Part shown: positions 1 to 13,200 of the stretch, in pieces | How the letters are laid out: each line of letters begins with the position of its first letter | Numbering within the stretch: position 1 is the stretch's first letter | Assembly: GCA_010015805.1 (NCBI GenBank) | Contig: ML978130.1 | Location: 558,001-622,000 of the forward strand | Direction of reading: 5' to 3' | Length of the DNA stretch: 64,000 bases | Source of the DNA: Rhizodiscina lignyota | Lineage: Eukaryota | Made by a program: the position numbers and the translations under genes | Notes under the pieces: generated by a model | The model's database searches: none | Told to the model about the DNA's origin: nothing | What the model saw: only the letters and a program-made list of their open reading frames with translations

Positions 1-826
1 CAGTCCTTCCCTCCAATCCATCAATCGGGTTTTGGTCCGAAACTTGAAGTCCCTTTGCAATGGCATCGATAGTCAGTCTTCGCAGACCCGCGCTATCCAC
101 GCGGTATGGCTGCGACGGATAGCTGCTGAACATTCCCGACTTGAACATCTCTAAGCTTGCTACTGCCAAGCCTTCGCTTCTCTTGTAGTATCTGCCAGAC
201 TCCTTGCTCTTGTATTGCCATTTGGTGCCAGCGCCTGCATCCAGAAGAACTGAAACGACAAAAAGATCGATGAGACGGCGGGTGCGCTCTTGCTGGTCGA
301 CGGTTGAGGGCCATGTTGCCATGAGCTGGTCAATGCGAGGACGACCGCCTACGTCGAAATGCTGCCATCGGCCGTGTGGTGGGATTGATGCGTAGTCTGG
401 TGCGTAGTCTCTCTGTTATCGGTTAGAGTTAGTGTCAAAATACTGCTATGTTATTGTCAATTGACGGGAAGCGGTGCGAACCTTGATGATAGCAATGACA
501 TAGGCAGAAGTATCGTGCAATTTGCTCATGTCCACGACAAAATGCTTCAGCTGATTCCTCTTGGCCTGCTCAAAGACAATGCGACTCCTTTCCCTCACCG
601 CATGGATGCTCCTAAGATATCCCACGGGGTTCACCGAGGGATCTGGAGCTCGCGGTATGGGGATCTGTGCGAGTTGCTGCATGGCGCCGTTGGTGCCTTT
701 GGAAGAAACTGGCGTGACGGGCGACTTCATCGAGCCATTGGACGTGACGGAGAGAGTGGAATTGTCGGAGCGGGCGAGCGAGTTTGATTTTGCACTGGAA
801 GCGCTCTTTTTGCTAAACAGCCCCAT
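1..826 (-). CDS. DUF1688 / Urg3-URC4 family protein (uracil catabolism-related), 3' end beyond window
   Basis: Exon 1 (MGLFSKK...YLRSIHAVRERSRIVFEQAKRNQLKHF), intron about 414-480, then exon 2 RDYAPDYASIPPHGRWQHFDVGGRPR...LIDLFVVSVLLDAGAG...RSEGLAVASLEMF, which are characteristic DUF1688 motifs. Confidence 0.85.
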
Positions 827-2388
827 TTTGAGGGTGAGCTGTGCGTGAGCTTGCTCGCGTCAGGCGACCAGGCCCTCGAGTGCTACTGCTGGGTTGTTGA
901 GCAATCGGAGAGTTGCGGTGCTGCAGGAGTGCGCGCTTGTCCGAAGACACGATCAGCACGCGCAGCAATTGGGCGATTATAAAGCTTGCGGTGCGATGAG
1001 AGCCGGTGGTGAGTGTGGAGATGCTCGGTTTATGTTTATGCGAAATGGTCTGGAGAGGGTTCAGGGATGGCTTTGATGTGGGTGTCTGTGTGTTCCCGCT
1101 CTGCTTTTTAGTCAGTGCGCCGCAGGTACCGTACGATCCTTGCAACGCAGCAGCGAGATCGAGGCCGTTCGCAGCGAAAGGGTAGTCTAGCGTCGCTCTC
1201 GGGTTCCGGCGAGCACTGATGCTGTGGGCAGGAGCACGACGTCGGCGTCGCTGGTGTGGGCAGCGTGCTGTGGGATGGGACAAGTGAGGATTGGGGAGAA
1301 GCAGCGAGCTGAGGGAGGCGAGAAGGAGGAAGAGGAGGCCGGCCAGCAGAAAGTTTGTCTCTCCTCTCTCAGGAGCGATTGCCGAACGCGATTCATTCAT
1401 TAGCAGACATTGGCAGTCATTTGCCAGCAGCCACGCTCGTGCCTCTGCCGTCTTGAATAATGCCACTGGGCCTGCCACAGCAGATTCCACCGCGCGCCTA
1501 AATCCAAGCGATGCCGTCCATGTCGTGCCATCATTGCCAATAAATGTGAGCACGCGATCTAGTAAGTGATCGGCCGGTGCCATCGACACGAGCACGCGAA
1601 ATTTTTATCTTCCGCATGGAGCATGGCTGAGAGGCACGCAAGAGCTGGCTGTGAGATTCAGGAGAGCACTGGGCGCCGGGAAGCTTTCCATCCAAGTCGA
1701 AGGGACGGAGCTCCGCATATAATCTCGGAAGCGGTGGCTGGAATTGCTTGCATCGGGCGCTGTCGAGTTGGGCAATAGTATTCCATATTATTCCATATTA
1801 TTAGCAGCGTCGCGAGATTACTCGGCGCCATCCGAGTTGCAGCCATCCAAGCGATTGGTCTGAGCACGGCGTGCGGCCCACGCGAGCGCCACACTTGCAT
1901 GCGAAATAAAGCCACCTCCGCCACACTCCCCCCCAAACCCACTCGCGGAAGCCGGTCCGCCCACTTTAACTTGCGCCGAGCTTCTTCACCGTCGTAAGTA
2001 TATCACGACCCTCTCAAAAGTCTCCGTAAGTTAGAGCAGCTCCGTACTCCACACACATACAACGGAAGACTTCATCCGTGGATGCTTCTCCTCGTCCTCG
2101 TCAGAGCGTTGTCCGACTCGCCATCGAAATATGCCATGTCCTTTCTGTGCTCAATACTGTACAGGAGGGCTTGCAATCTATCAGCATCTCCATCGGACGA
2201 GTTATTGTGGAAAGAGTGTATGGTGTTATTCCCACTGACAGCCTCGTCGTTAGTGTCTCTACGGAGTATATATCTATGAGCTATTGCTCATCTTCAGATC
2301 CCGTCTGCAGCCCACGTCGTCTACGTCATCTTTCTTCGTCACGTCTCATCCAATGGAGAGGGCATAGTGTTTTCCTCTCAACACTCTC

Positions 2389-2884
2389 TCACACCGCGGC
2401 TTGTAGAGAGAAGAGCATGATACACTGGATGAATTGACAGGTCTCAGCAAAGATAGCGGTATTCTCATAGTGAACGGCGTTTCTAGTAATATCAACGCAC
2501 AGCCCATAGACAAGCATGGCAGTCTAATTTTCGAACCAATTTCTTCTCTTCTTGCGGTGTCCATGAAAGCAAAGGGTGCAATCGATGTCGACATTCGTAT
2601 TGTGACTTCTCGTAAATGTCGGCGTAATGTACAGCCACGACGGGGTTGAAGAATGGATTCGCAGAGTTGGAGGCTCCGGACTCATCGACCTCTTCCAAAG
2701 TGACACCAATATCGCTCTTGTCTTGGGGAGAGGCATCACTTGGAACAGCAGAACCCGGAGTTTCGAAACCTTTGAGGTCAGGTTCGATACTCAGGTCTGG
2801 CGCTGCGATTGTGGGTTTATTGGAGGCTATTTTGCTCGATCTCGAAGCGTTTCTCTTTCTTATCGATGCGATCTCTGCTCTCAT
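2389..2884 (-). pseudogene. 5' fragment of an allantoate-permease-family MFS transporter (Soa1-like sulfonate/sulfate transporter), truncated in TM1
   Basis: NPFFNPVVAVHYADIYEKSQYECRHRLHPLLSWTPQEEKKLVRKLDCHACLWA, then a GTGCGT..CCAG intron, then CIMLFSLQAAV-stop. The family normally continues ...LQxDRGN for about 450 more residues; no continuation seen. Confidence 0.65.
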
Positions 2885-3603
2885 AGACGAGTATTATAGC
2901 CATTCAGGCATTTGTCAAAATGACGATATGGGAAGGCGGTTTGAATACAGCATGACGCCCACAGATGGCGTGCGAGAAGTCTGCTATCAGATTAGTAACA
3001 TCGGTGGATGTCGCAAAGCAAATGTCCATGAAAGTGTGAGCAGGTGTGACTCGTCTTGCGCGCTCTCCATGTGCATACGCTTTTGGCTGCTTACACGCTT
3101 GGTAGGCGTCCAAAGGGAGCAAACCGGTGAAGCTGTTGAAAACACCGTTGGAGCACCTTTGCGTATCATCGAATCAATGTAGTTAATGGATTTACGCGGT
3201 CGCTGCGCTCACTGCCATGCGATGGCGCGATCACAGGAACAGCTTGACAGGGCAGAGGCATGACAGAATCGAGCGATCAGTGAGCGCCAAGATCTAGCGC
3301 CACACTGGCGATTCTCATAAAGACCTATAATTTCAAGAGCTCAGAAATAAGTGCCCGAATCTCACAATTGGAAGCTTCCACGTTATCTAGCCAAGCTCAA
3401 AGTCGAAAGACATTGGCGGGCGGCCCCTTTGTTAGTGTGGTATGAAAAAGCCTTAAACAGCAAAGCGGTATTTTAATTTAACTAGCAACAGACATGCAAC
3501 GTACGCCGTACGTTCATCGCCGCTCAGCCAGGGAAAGCTGAGTACAGAACCAGGAGCAGAAGCAGAAAGAGTGCGCATGTCTTTCAGTCGACGCATTATA
3601 TCC

Positions 3604-5154
3604 TCAACTAGCTTCAATCTTCCTCTTCTTTTGAGCTGGCTCCTCCTCACTGACCTCCTTGGGCGCATCATCACCAGTTGCCCAATGGAAACGGCTACCA
3701 TAATGGTCTGGTAGGAGCCCGCTTTGGCCGAAGAGTGTTTCTCTTGCAGTAATTCCTTCTTTAACTTCCGTCCTGAAGAGCCCTCTCTTCTGTAGCTCTG
3801 GTATGACATACTCTATGATGTCTTCAAAGGATCCGGGATTCGTTATGTGGGACAGGTTAAACCCATCTATATCGGCCACCTCTGCCCATTTTTCAAGTTG
3901 ATCAACGACAGTTTTTGGCCCGCCAATTATCTTCGGCATCATTCCGCCCAACATCAGAAAGTCAACAATGCGACTTTTTGTCCAATTCAGATTTGCCGAT
4001 CCGGGAACTGTCTCATTCCAGCGTTCCACTATTGACCGCACAGATGGAACCTTCGAAAAGCGGAAGTCTTCGTCGTCGGTAAACTTTGAGAGGTCTACAC
4101 CTGTCCAGCCTCCAAACAACGCAAGGGCACCTTCGCGGTCGCCGTACTTGAGCAGCTCCTCCTGCTTTGCCTGCGCTGCTTCGTCCGTTTCCGCAACGAT
4201 GACGGAAATGCCAGCGATGATCTTTACATGGTACGGATCTCTACCATATTCTTCTGCAGCAAGTTTGCGAATTGCGTCTACAGTTGCCCTCACCTTTTCT
4301 GGCGTTTGCGCTCCGACGAAGATGGCCTCTGCGTGCTTCGCGCCGAAGTTTCGCCCAGCCCCTGAAGTTCCTGCTTGGAACAATAATGGTGTCCTCTGAG
4401 GAGATGGCTCGCAAAAGTGAGGCCCTGGTACTTTGAAATAAGTCCCATTGTGGTCGATATTTCGAACTCTTCCGGTGACGGCGTATATGCCACTCTCGCG
4501 ATCTGCAATGACTGCGTCATCTCGCCAGCTTCCTTCCCACAGCTTGTACACGACATCCATATACTCATCAGCGATTTCGTATCGTTTGTCATGCTCTACC
4601 TGAGTGTCTAGGCCATGGTTGCGCGCAGCGCTCTCTAGGTACGATGTCACAATATTCCATCCAAGACGGCCCTCAGAAAGATGATCGACTGTGGACAGCC
4701 GCCTTGCGAGTGCATACGGTTGGTTATAAGTAGTGCTTATGGTGACACCAAAGATTATGCTTTTAGTGACTGCTGCCATCGCCGGGACTAGATAAAGAGG
4801 ATCGTTGGCGGGAAACTGAGCTCCCGCGCTGAGTGCGGGCTCGAAATTTGCCGGACCTTTGTATACATCGTAGGCACCCAGTGTGTCGGCGATGAACATG
4901 GCGTGGAAGCCAGCCTTGTCGAGCAGCTGCGCGAGATCGGTCCAGAAGCTGAGCTTTTTGTACTGATCAGTCTTGTTACGTGGATGCTTCCATAGTCCAG
5001 GCGACAGGTGACCTGGAGTGTTCATGACAAAGGCGTTCAAGATCAATTGCTTTTTGCGACTCCCTCCATTTTCTCCATGGTTTTGTGTAGAAGATGCCGC
5101 TCCATTCTGCGTGGATGATGCAGCAACAGTGCCGTTCTGTTTACTGGGCGCCAT
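3604..5154 (-). CDS. Luciferase-like FMN-dependent monooxygenase, NtaA/DszA/SnaA family
   Basis: Intronless ORF from ATG 5154 with LNAFVMNTPGHLSPGLW, FHAMFIADTLG, ARRLSTVDHLSEGRLGWNIVTS, PSPQRTPLLFQAGTSGAGRNFGAKHAEAIF and IDGFNL motifs. Confidence 0.9.
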   Translation of the reverse strand: MAPSKQNGTVAASSTQNGAASSTQNHGENGGSRKKQLILNAFVMNTPGHLSPGLWKHPRNKTDQYKKLSFWTDLAQLLDKAGFHAMFIADTLGAYDVYKGPANFEPALSAGAQFPANDPLYLVPAMAAVTKSIIFGVTISTTYNQPYALARRLSTVDHLSEGRLGWNIVTSYLESAARNHGLDTQVEHDKRYEIADEYMDVVYKLWEGSWRDDAVIADRESGIYAVTGRVRNIDHNGTYFKVPGPHFCEPSPQRTPLLFQAGTSGAGRNFGAKHAEAIFVGAQTPEKVRATVDAIRKLAAEEYGRDPYHVKIIAGISVIVAETDEAAQAKQEELLKYGDREGALALFGGWTGVDLSKFTDDEDFRFSKVPSVRSIVERWNETVPGSANLNWTKSRIVDFLMLGGMMPKIIGGPKTVVDQLEKWAEVADIDGFNLSHITNPGSFEDIIEYVIPELQKRGLFRTEVKEGITARETLFGQSGLLPDHYGSRFHWATGDDAPKEVSEEEPAQKKRKIEAS

Positions 5155-6440
5155 TTTGGACAACAACGAGTAGCTGAATCGAGGGTTTGATGCAACCAGA
5201 CAGCTTCCAGAACTTCACTCTCACTTTGTTCCAAATAACTAAAGAAATTCATTCCTCTCCGAGTACCGGCGTCCTGTGGGATTTCTCGACGCAGTACGGC
5301 CCGGTTTATGCCATTTTGGAGCGTCGCACGCCATCGACACTTGGGTCAGCATCTGATTGGTTGCACCTTGTCCCTGCATTCAGCCTCCATGTTGGTCGTC
5401 TCCTTAGTCCACTCTCTCAACATCGTACGCTCCTCCCTTCGTATGTTACAATTGAATGAATTTAGACACTCGGCTGCAAGGTTCCGAGGAGCTTCGTGTT
5501 GCCTTTCGGAATGGAAACGCGCCATTGTCAGACGACCGTGACGAGTACGGGAAGCCCTTTCCAGTCAACTGGAAGTGCCTCACATAAAAGTCACGATATG
5601 ATATCGTATCTTTCTGTCATTCCAGGCGTTTTCTCTGACAATTTATTGAACCTCGTCACATTTAACGTCGGCAAGGGCATCAGCTTCTTTTTCTAGGGTA
5701 CAGGCTATGATAGAACTCTCTTCTGCGTCGTCATATTGGTCACACTGAAAACAGAACACCCGTCTTCTTGAAGAGTAAATAAAAGGCGAGATGTGTATGG
5801 TGGCTAGCTACTCATTTGGTACAGGTCCTGAAGATTACCGTTTGCTCCTCCCCGACGTGGTTTTAACATACCTTTTTCTCATGCGTGTATTACTGAAGGC
5901 AAAGGGATCGATACCTCAATATTGCTTGGCATCGGGCTTACATTTTAAATGTGCTCATCTCCCGTACCTTGAACCTTACAAGGCCAATGTTAGAGTTCCA
6001 CATGCTCACGCTTCACTCCAGATCATCTGCCGACGATGTGGTAAATGGACGGAGTACGGAGTAGCCAATTATTTATCTAGTCAATAATATCATTAGAAAC
6101 TCGATTGTTACACAGTCGCTTACATATTACAAACTGGCTTCAGCACAATACACCTAATCGTTGGAGCGAATATTTTTGTACAGACAGAAATATATAGGTT
6201 CGTGTCCAGACTCATGCGCCACGACACTCGCCACACCCTTAACCCAGCCACATTGAATTTAGCGTGATTCCATGAACCTCGCGTTCGTCGACCTTCTTCA
6301 ACATAACAATTAATATACCACTGTAGCCACAAAATAGCGGCATACGGATTCTCGGCTGTTAGCATTTGCAATTACTTCACGAGGAAATGAGACATGAGCA
6401 CTTACAGCGACAGTAACCTCCAATTCCACCTGCTCACGCC

Positions 6441-9354
6441 ATGGACGACCTTTCAGGGCTAGACTGGTCATCGTCCAGCTCTGCGAACAAAAGCAACGCC
6501 TCTCAGTCTAGCGCACCTACCTTCTCATATCCCTCCATGAAACCCACCTCTCCGCCTCCTCTTTCAGGTCGGTCGACTCCGCTCTCACTCTCCGCTCAAG
6601 CCTCCGGAAGACCTGCCAGCAATGCGCCGTCGAAATCTACGACCCCAGCAAACGACAGCTTCTCGAGTCTACTCTCACGAAATAATGCCGCCAAGCAAAA
6701 TGCGAACCTTTCGATGCAAGAACGGCAGAAGCAGCTGTTGGAAGAGAAGGCCAGACAGGAGGAGGAGCGGAGGAAGAAGCTAGATCATCAGTTCGGCGCA
6801 AATGATAATACATTCTGGGAAAACATAGGGAGTGGAAAGAGCACACCTGATCCTACATCTGCTGGGCTGCCAAAACAACAGGGTTCTGGAGGAAGCTTGT
6901 CTGCAACGATCAATAAGCCATTCGCGGCCCTAAATGCTCATAGGACTACTCCGGCGAATACTTCAAGTGAGAGCGACCTCTTAGCAGCGTTCGACTCAGA
7001 TGCTCCGGTCGACAGTTCGAGCCACTTTCCTCCTGCACCGGACAGTCGCTCAAGTACACCAGCTCATGCATTTAGTAATGGAAGCACCAATACAGGTACT
7101 AATGCGCCTACCTCATCCTTTGACGTTCCTGACGAGGATGACGATCCCTTTGGACTTGGCTCACTGCCACAAAAGCAATCCTCTGTTCCACGGCCAGCAG
7201 TGCCAGCTGATGATGATGACGATGTGCTTGGTCTCCTTGGAAAGCCTGTCTCAGAGAGGCCAGCGCAATCTCCGCAACATGAAACAACACCAGAGCTTAC
7301 CGATGAAGAGCCACCTTCACTAGAAGCTACCGATCCGAGAGACAAAGCCGTAGCTGAGTTGGTAGACATGGGATTCCCGGCCGACCAAGCTGCAGTAGCG
7401 TTATCGCAAACTGACACTGGCGTCAATGTCCAAGCTGCTGTTTCACTCCTTCTGAATGCTGCCCACGAAGAGGCTAGGCAAAAAGCGCGTGGCAATGCAC
7501 CGGAAAGACGACCCAGTCCTCGTTTTGAACAAGAACAAGACGAGCCACGATCATCACGTCAGGAGAGAGGAGATGCAGTGCCAGCATGGATGCGAAATGA
7601 AAGGCCACAGTCAGGTCAAAGGCGACAGAATAGTCAATCGCCGGCGCCTGAGAAAGACGTTACGCAGTATGCTTCAGAATTCGGTTCTACATTATTCAAA
7701 TCTGCAAATACGCTCTGGAAAACTGGTCAAAAGAAAGTTCAGCGCGCTGTGGCCGAATTCAACCAAGAAGCTCCAGCAGATCCAAGTCAGCCGAAATGGA
7801 TGCGTGATGTTATGGCCGCTGAGCAGGAGTCCGCTGCCACGGCCAGGCGCCAAAAACAGCCAGACAACGTAACTGATGAAGCTATGATGCTAGAGAGTGG
7901 TGGAGGAAGGCCACGGAAACCATCTCGCAGACCGCAACAACCTGAGAATGGGTTCAGAGATGGGCCTCACGATTTCCCTACGCAAAAGATCGAGCAAAGG
8001 TTCAACGAGCAGAGATTCGACGATTTACCTCCCCGTCCATCGCCGCGTCCACGATCTCCACCACGCAGTCGACCATCCCCGGCTCCAGCAGCTGCAATCC
8101 CATCATCACGTGGCTTCAAATTCGATGACGATGCAGCTACAACTGCATACACCAGCTCTGCGCGTCGCCGCACACCAGCGACTTCGAACGCGCCGTCAAG
8201 AACGGAATCACCCGTCCAGAAACCTAACAACAACCCCTTCACCCAGTCTCAACCCACCCAAAAGGCAACCACATCAAAGGCTCCTACTCCTCGCACCCAG
8301 CCTTCGACTCCGGCAGCTCCACCAAAGCCCAAACCTCCACCACGGCAAGTTCCACCCGTTTCACCTACAGCACTCGCGACATCTGGCCAGCACAGACAAG
8401 CTGGCTCCGACGCCTTCAAGCGCGGCGACTACGGTGCCGCACACACTTCGTACAGCGCTGCTCTACACTCCCTCGGTGCACCGAACCATCCCGTTGCGAT
8501 TGTCATTCTGTGCAACCGCGCAACAACATCTCTCAAAAACGGCGACCCGAAAGCCGCAGTTGCGGACTCGGACAATGCTCTCGGTATCATCGGTCCCGGT
8601 CTCGGCAGCGGCGAGAAGATCGGCACGGGTGCGGGAGGGGAAGAGAAGGAGATGAGAGAGTTCTACGGCAAGGCGCTGATGAAGAAAGCAGAGGCACTCG
8701 AACACCTTGAGAAATGGGCCGATGCAGCAATGGTATGGAGGCTCGCTGTCGAAGCTGGAGTAGGCGGCTCAGTGAGTATCCAAGGCCGTAATCGCTGCGA
8801 GAAAGCTGCAGGAGGTGGAGGTGCTGCTGCGAATGGCACATCGACACCCGGCCCAGCGTCCACTCGTCAGACTCCCGCCAAAACGCGTCCCAAACCCGTA
8901 CCTCGTCCTGTCATCAACACTGCCAAGTCTGCCGAAGCGGTTAAGCAGCTGCGCGCCGCGAATGCCGCTGCAGAGAAGGCCGACGACGAGAAGTTCGCTT
9001 TATCTGACAGCGTCGACGCCAAGCTCATCGAGTGGAAGGGCAGCAAGGCGGATAATCTGCGCGCGCTGCTGGGTAGTCTGGATAAGGTGTTGTGGCCGGA
9101 GGCAGGATGGAAGAAGGTTGGTATGCAAGATTTGGTGCTGCCTAACAAGTGCAAAGTGGTGTATATGAAAGCTATTGGGAAGGTGCATCCTGATAAGGTA
9201 TGTGAGAAAGAAAAGTTTATGGATGGAATGAGACGAGGCTGACGATGACCAGATTGCGCAAGATGCGACGACGGAGCAGAAAATGATTAGCGCTGCGGTG
9301 TTTAGTACGCTGAATGAGGCGTGGGATAAGTTTAAGCAGGAGAATGGGCTATAA
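6441..9354 (+). CDS. SWA2: Auxilin-like clathrin-uncoating factor (UBA + TPR + C-terminal J domain; Swa2/Ucp7-like)
   Basis: UBA (AVAELVDMGFPADQA), TPR (GSDAFKRGDYGAAH, ILCNRA), J domain NLRALLGSLDKVLW...YMKAIGKVHPDK, intron about 9199-9252, last exon IAQDATTEQKMISAAVFSTLNEAWDKFKQENGL-stop. Confidence 0.88.
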
Positions 9355-10274
9355 CGATATTGATGGGTTGGGATGAGAGGTTCATGGGAAAGATTCGAGG
9401 CTTTTGTAGGGCATGGGAAAGGTTTGGGCGCTTGAGCGACGGAGTTGGCATTGTTATGAGCATCTAAATTGATCTGTTGCTCAGATAGATCTGGTAGACA
9501 TGTGAGATGCAGCAATTCCAGATATTAAGGGAATTCAGTGATGTTCGTTTATATCTGTGCTAAAGGGGGCGTAGGTAGTCTTGTATCTTACAATGACTGA
9601 GATCATATTTAGTGGGTTGCATCATTACTTGCGGTATGTTCGGTCGCGAAGTTTCCAGCCCTGAATTTCAAGACTCGCTCTTCACACTAGAATCTCCTGT
9701 ACTGAAAAAGAGTTTCAGATACGACCGACACCCCCTCTCGAATTTCAGGGCTGGAAACCCCGTGACCCCCACGTTCGGCAGGTCCAGGCCGGGGTCCCAG
9801 ACCGCGACACGAGACTAGCTCGACAATAGCTCTGTAGTAACATGTTGCCAATCCCAATCCAATAAATTTAACTCACTCTCTTCTCCCGGGACTAGAGTCG
9901 GAGCACCCAGGAGATTAGGCCAGGCAAAGTTGACAGACCTACATACACGAGCTGTCTGTTCAATCTGCTAAAACCGGGGCTGTGCCGGCTGCAAGCATAA
10001 GGTACAGGGAAGGCGAAGACAAATGAACACCAAGCTCGAGGTCGAGGGTGCCTGCGATGCAGAGTGGAGTACGGTCTCGCTGCAGGTTGGTATACAGTGG
10101 CTGCAAGGCCACGAGGCTGCATTTGCTGTGGCTGTGTCAGAATTCCGTCTTGTTCCTTCAGCCTGATCATAATACTCCTTTCGCTTTTGTGGCCATTCTT
10201 CTCTCTTGATCAAGCGTCACTGGCACTGCTTCCCGAATACTTCATACAAGCTTTCAACACTCAGTCTTTGCAGT

Positions 10275-13200
10275 ATGGCCGAAGCTATCAGTGCCTTTGG
10301 CTTAGCTGCAAGCATCCTCCAGGTAATCGACTTTAGTTCGAATGTCGTCGCGAAATTCTGGAAGTTCTACAGGACCACATCTGATCGAAGCAACGAATGC
10401 CCCGATATCAACAGCATCAACTCCGATTTGTGCCGTATAGTCAAGGATTTGCAATCGAGCTCGGACACCAGCAACAACGATGCGCCTCTCTGGAAACTTG
10501 CGCGAGAATGCCAAACCGCCGCAGAGGAGCTGCAGAAAATCTTACAATCTCTTCTGGTTGCGCACTCAACCACCACCTCAAGAAAGTGGAATGCACTAAA
10601 AGCAGCGTTTCGAGCTGTGTGGAAAGATGAGGAGATTCAGAGTTTACGAGATCGGTTGGAGCGGTTCAAGAGTCAGTTGATACTCAATCTTTTATGCTCC
10701 ATTCGGTGAGTACTATCACTTTTGTAGCTTTGGAGTATCGTACCTTACTAAATATCCCCAGAGAATCCGCACAAAGCTCAGTCGAGCAACAGAAGGAGTT
10801 ACTTCAACAGATGAAAGCGATCCAGCTCAACACGGACCAAATCGGGAGTTCCGTTGAATGTCTGAACACAGAACTGCTGGATTCAGACGGCCTCGGTTCA
10901 TTGCTACTCGATTTTGTAACGGCAAAAGTAGCATCTCCTAACCGCAGAGAAACCAATCAATGGCTTAGGTCTGAGGTTGTCGCTGCCATATGTCGAGATT
11001 CTCAAGATGCTGCAGTAGTGGAACACTCCTCACCTTCAATCCCTTCTTGGCGCGAGAACAGGTTGAAAGATCTATTCCTAACGCAGCTCCGTTACACGCT
11101 AATGGAGGACCGCGAAGAAAGAATTGCAGAAGCATATGGAAATACTTTCCGATGGGTGTTCGAAGATACCACCGGAGATCGCCAAAAGTGGTCGAACTTC
11201 AAGGATTGGCTAGCGTCTGATTCACAACTATACTGGATTACCGGCAAGGCAGGGCTCCGGCAAGTCGACTTTGATAAAATACATCTGTCACGAAGACACG
11301 GAAATGGAGCTTACCGGTGAAGACAGCTGTGCTGTACTACCGATGCGTTGCTCAAGGTACCTCCGCCAGTGGGCTCGGAACTGCCGTCTCATCACGGCTA
11401 AATTCTTTTTCTGGAATTCGGGTACAGCTCTCCGGATGACACAAGCAGGCCTTTTTCGTACGATTCTGGCTCAAATCCTAGACCAGGCTCCGGACGTGAC
11501 CGCCATGGCGATGCCGAAAAGATGGGAAGCGCTCTGCTTGTTTGGCGAACATACAACCTTGAACCACGACTGGACAGAGCAAGAATTGCGCAATTCGCTT
11601 CTATCTGTCACACGAGCTTTACAACATGATACGAGGTTATGCCTTTTTGTCGACGGTTTGGATGAATTTGATGGCAATCACAATTCCCTAATCTCATTAT
11701 TCAAAGAAATATGCGCTACTTCTAGTGTCAAGCTCTGCGTTGCCAGTAGACCTTGGGTCATTTTCGAGGATGGATTTAAGCACAAGCCGAGTCTTAGGCT
11801 CCAGGATCTGACCTATCCGGATATCAAACTCTACATTTCGTCTCATTTCATAGACGACGAAGGCTTTGCCCTCCTGTTACAAAGAGAGCGAGCTTACGCG
11901 GAACAGTTGATTGAGAATATCATTGAAAAGGCGGCAGGCGTCTTTTTGTGGGTCACTTTAGTAGTGACATCGCTTCTGAGGGGAATGGGCCACGGGGATC
12001 GTATATCCGACTTGCAGACGCGGCTCGACGCCCTACCTCCTGAGTTGGAACAACTGTATGACAAGATGCTGTACAGTCTAGATCCATTTTATTTGGAACA
12101 TGCGGCGCAATATTTCCAGCTAATACGAACAACACTCCACCCTCTCAAAGTACTGAGTCTGGGTTACGCCGATGAGGAGCACAGCTGGTCTGCCGCCATC
12201 ATGCGGCCAGTTTCACCAATAACGACAAGCGAAGCCACACTCTTACATGAGACAATGCGACGTCGTATCAACAGCAGATGCAAAGGATTGCTGGAGATTA
12301 GCGCGGCTGAGAAGTACATTTTTCAAGGTCTAAAGAGGCAGGATGGGACTGTCTCAACTGAGGACAACCAAGAGCTCCAACACTGTACAGTTCAATACTT
12401 GCATCGAACGGTGAAAGACTATATTGAGAGTGATGGAGCCCAGAAGATGCTGAACAGTGCCATAAAGAGCCCTTACGATCCTCACCTTCATCTCTGTGCC
12501 AGCACTCTAGCAACACTGAAGACAGACCAGCCGATAACCATACTCGACGTACATGCTGGACGATTTTGGGGATATGTCGAAGAATTTTTATACCATGCCT
12601 CCCGAATATTGCCAACCAATTCGCTGCAGATGGTTGAAATGATGGACGACTTGAATGGAACCTGCGCCTGTCTTGCGAGACGCAAGGCGGATGAGCCAAG
12701 CATTGTCGCATATCGTGACTGTAAACTGCTTGAATCCGGCCAATGGCTTGCACTGCAACACGAAGGAACGCTGCTCGGAGCTTCTAGTGCACACTTCTTG
12801 TCGCTGGCCGTTTGTTACGGCATTGTGGGATATGTCGAAAGGAGAGCCAGTAAAGGATGTCTCGTGCAAACCATTGAATTCCGCGACACCTCAAAAGATT
12901 CGCTGAGCGATGGCGGCGTCAGAAATAAAAATACACCTGCTTTGGTCAAAGCGAAGATCAACTTACATGGAAGGTCCGAATTAGGGGAACTGCATCACGT
13001 ACATTCTCTGTTGCTGGACGCCATTAATAGGCCTACGTGGAAAGAGCGTCTCATAGTGCCTACGTGGAAAGAGCATCTCACAGTGCCTGATCCTGTCATG
13101 GTAGCCTGTCTTCTGCGGAAAGGGGCTAATCCAAATTTCCCCTTTCTCTCCGGAACAGTCTGGGATGCTGTTTTGCGGGCTGTGAGGGCAGCAATACCGT

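Noticed and set aside
813..1595. 260-aa minus-strand ORF upstream of the DUF1688 gene
   Set aside because: No recognisable domain and low-complexity composition; lies in the probable promoter/5' UTR.
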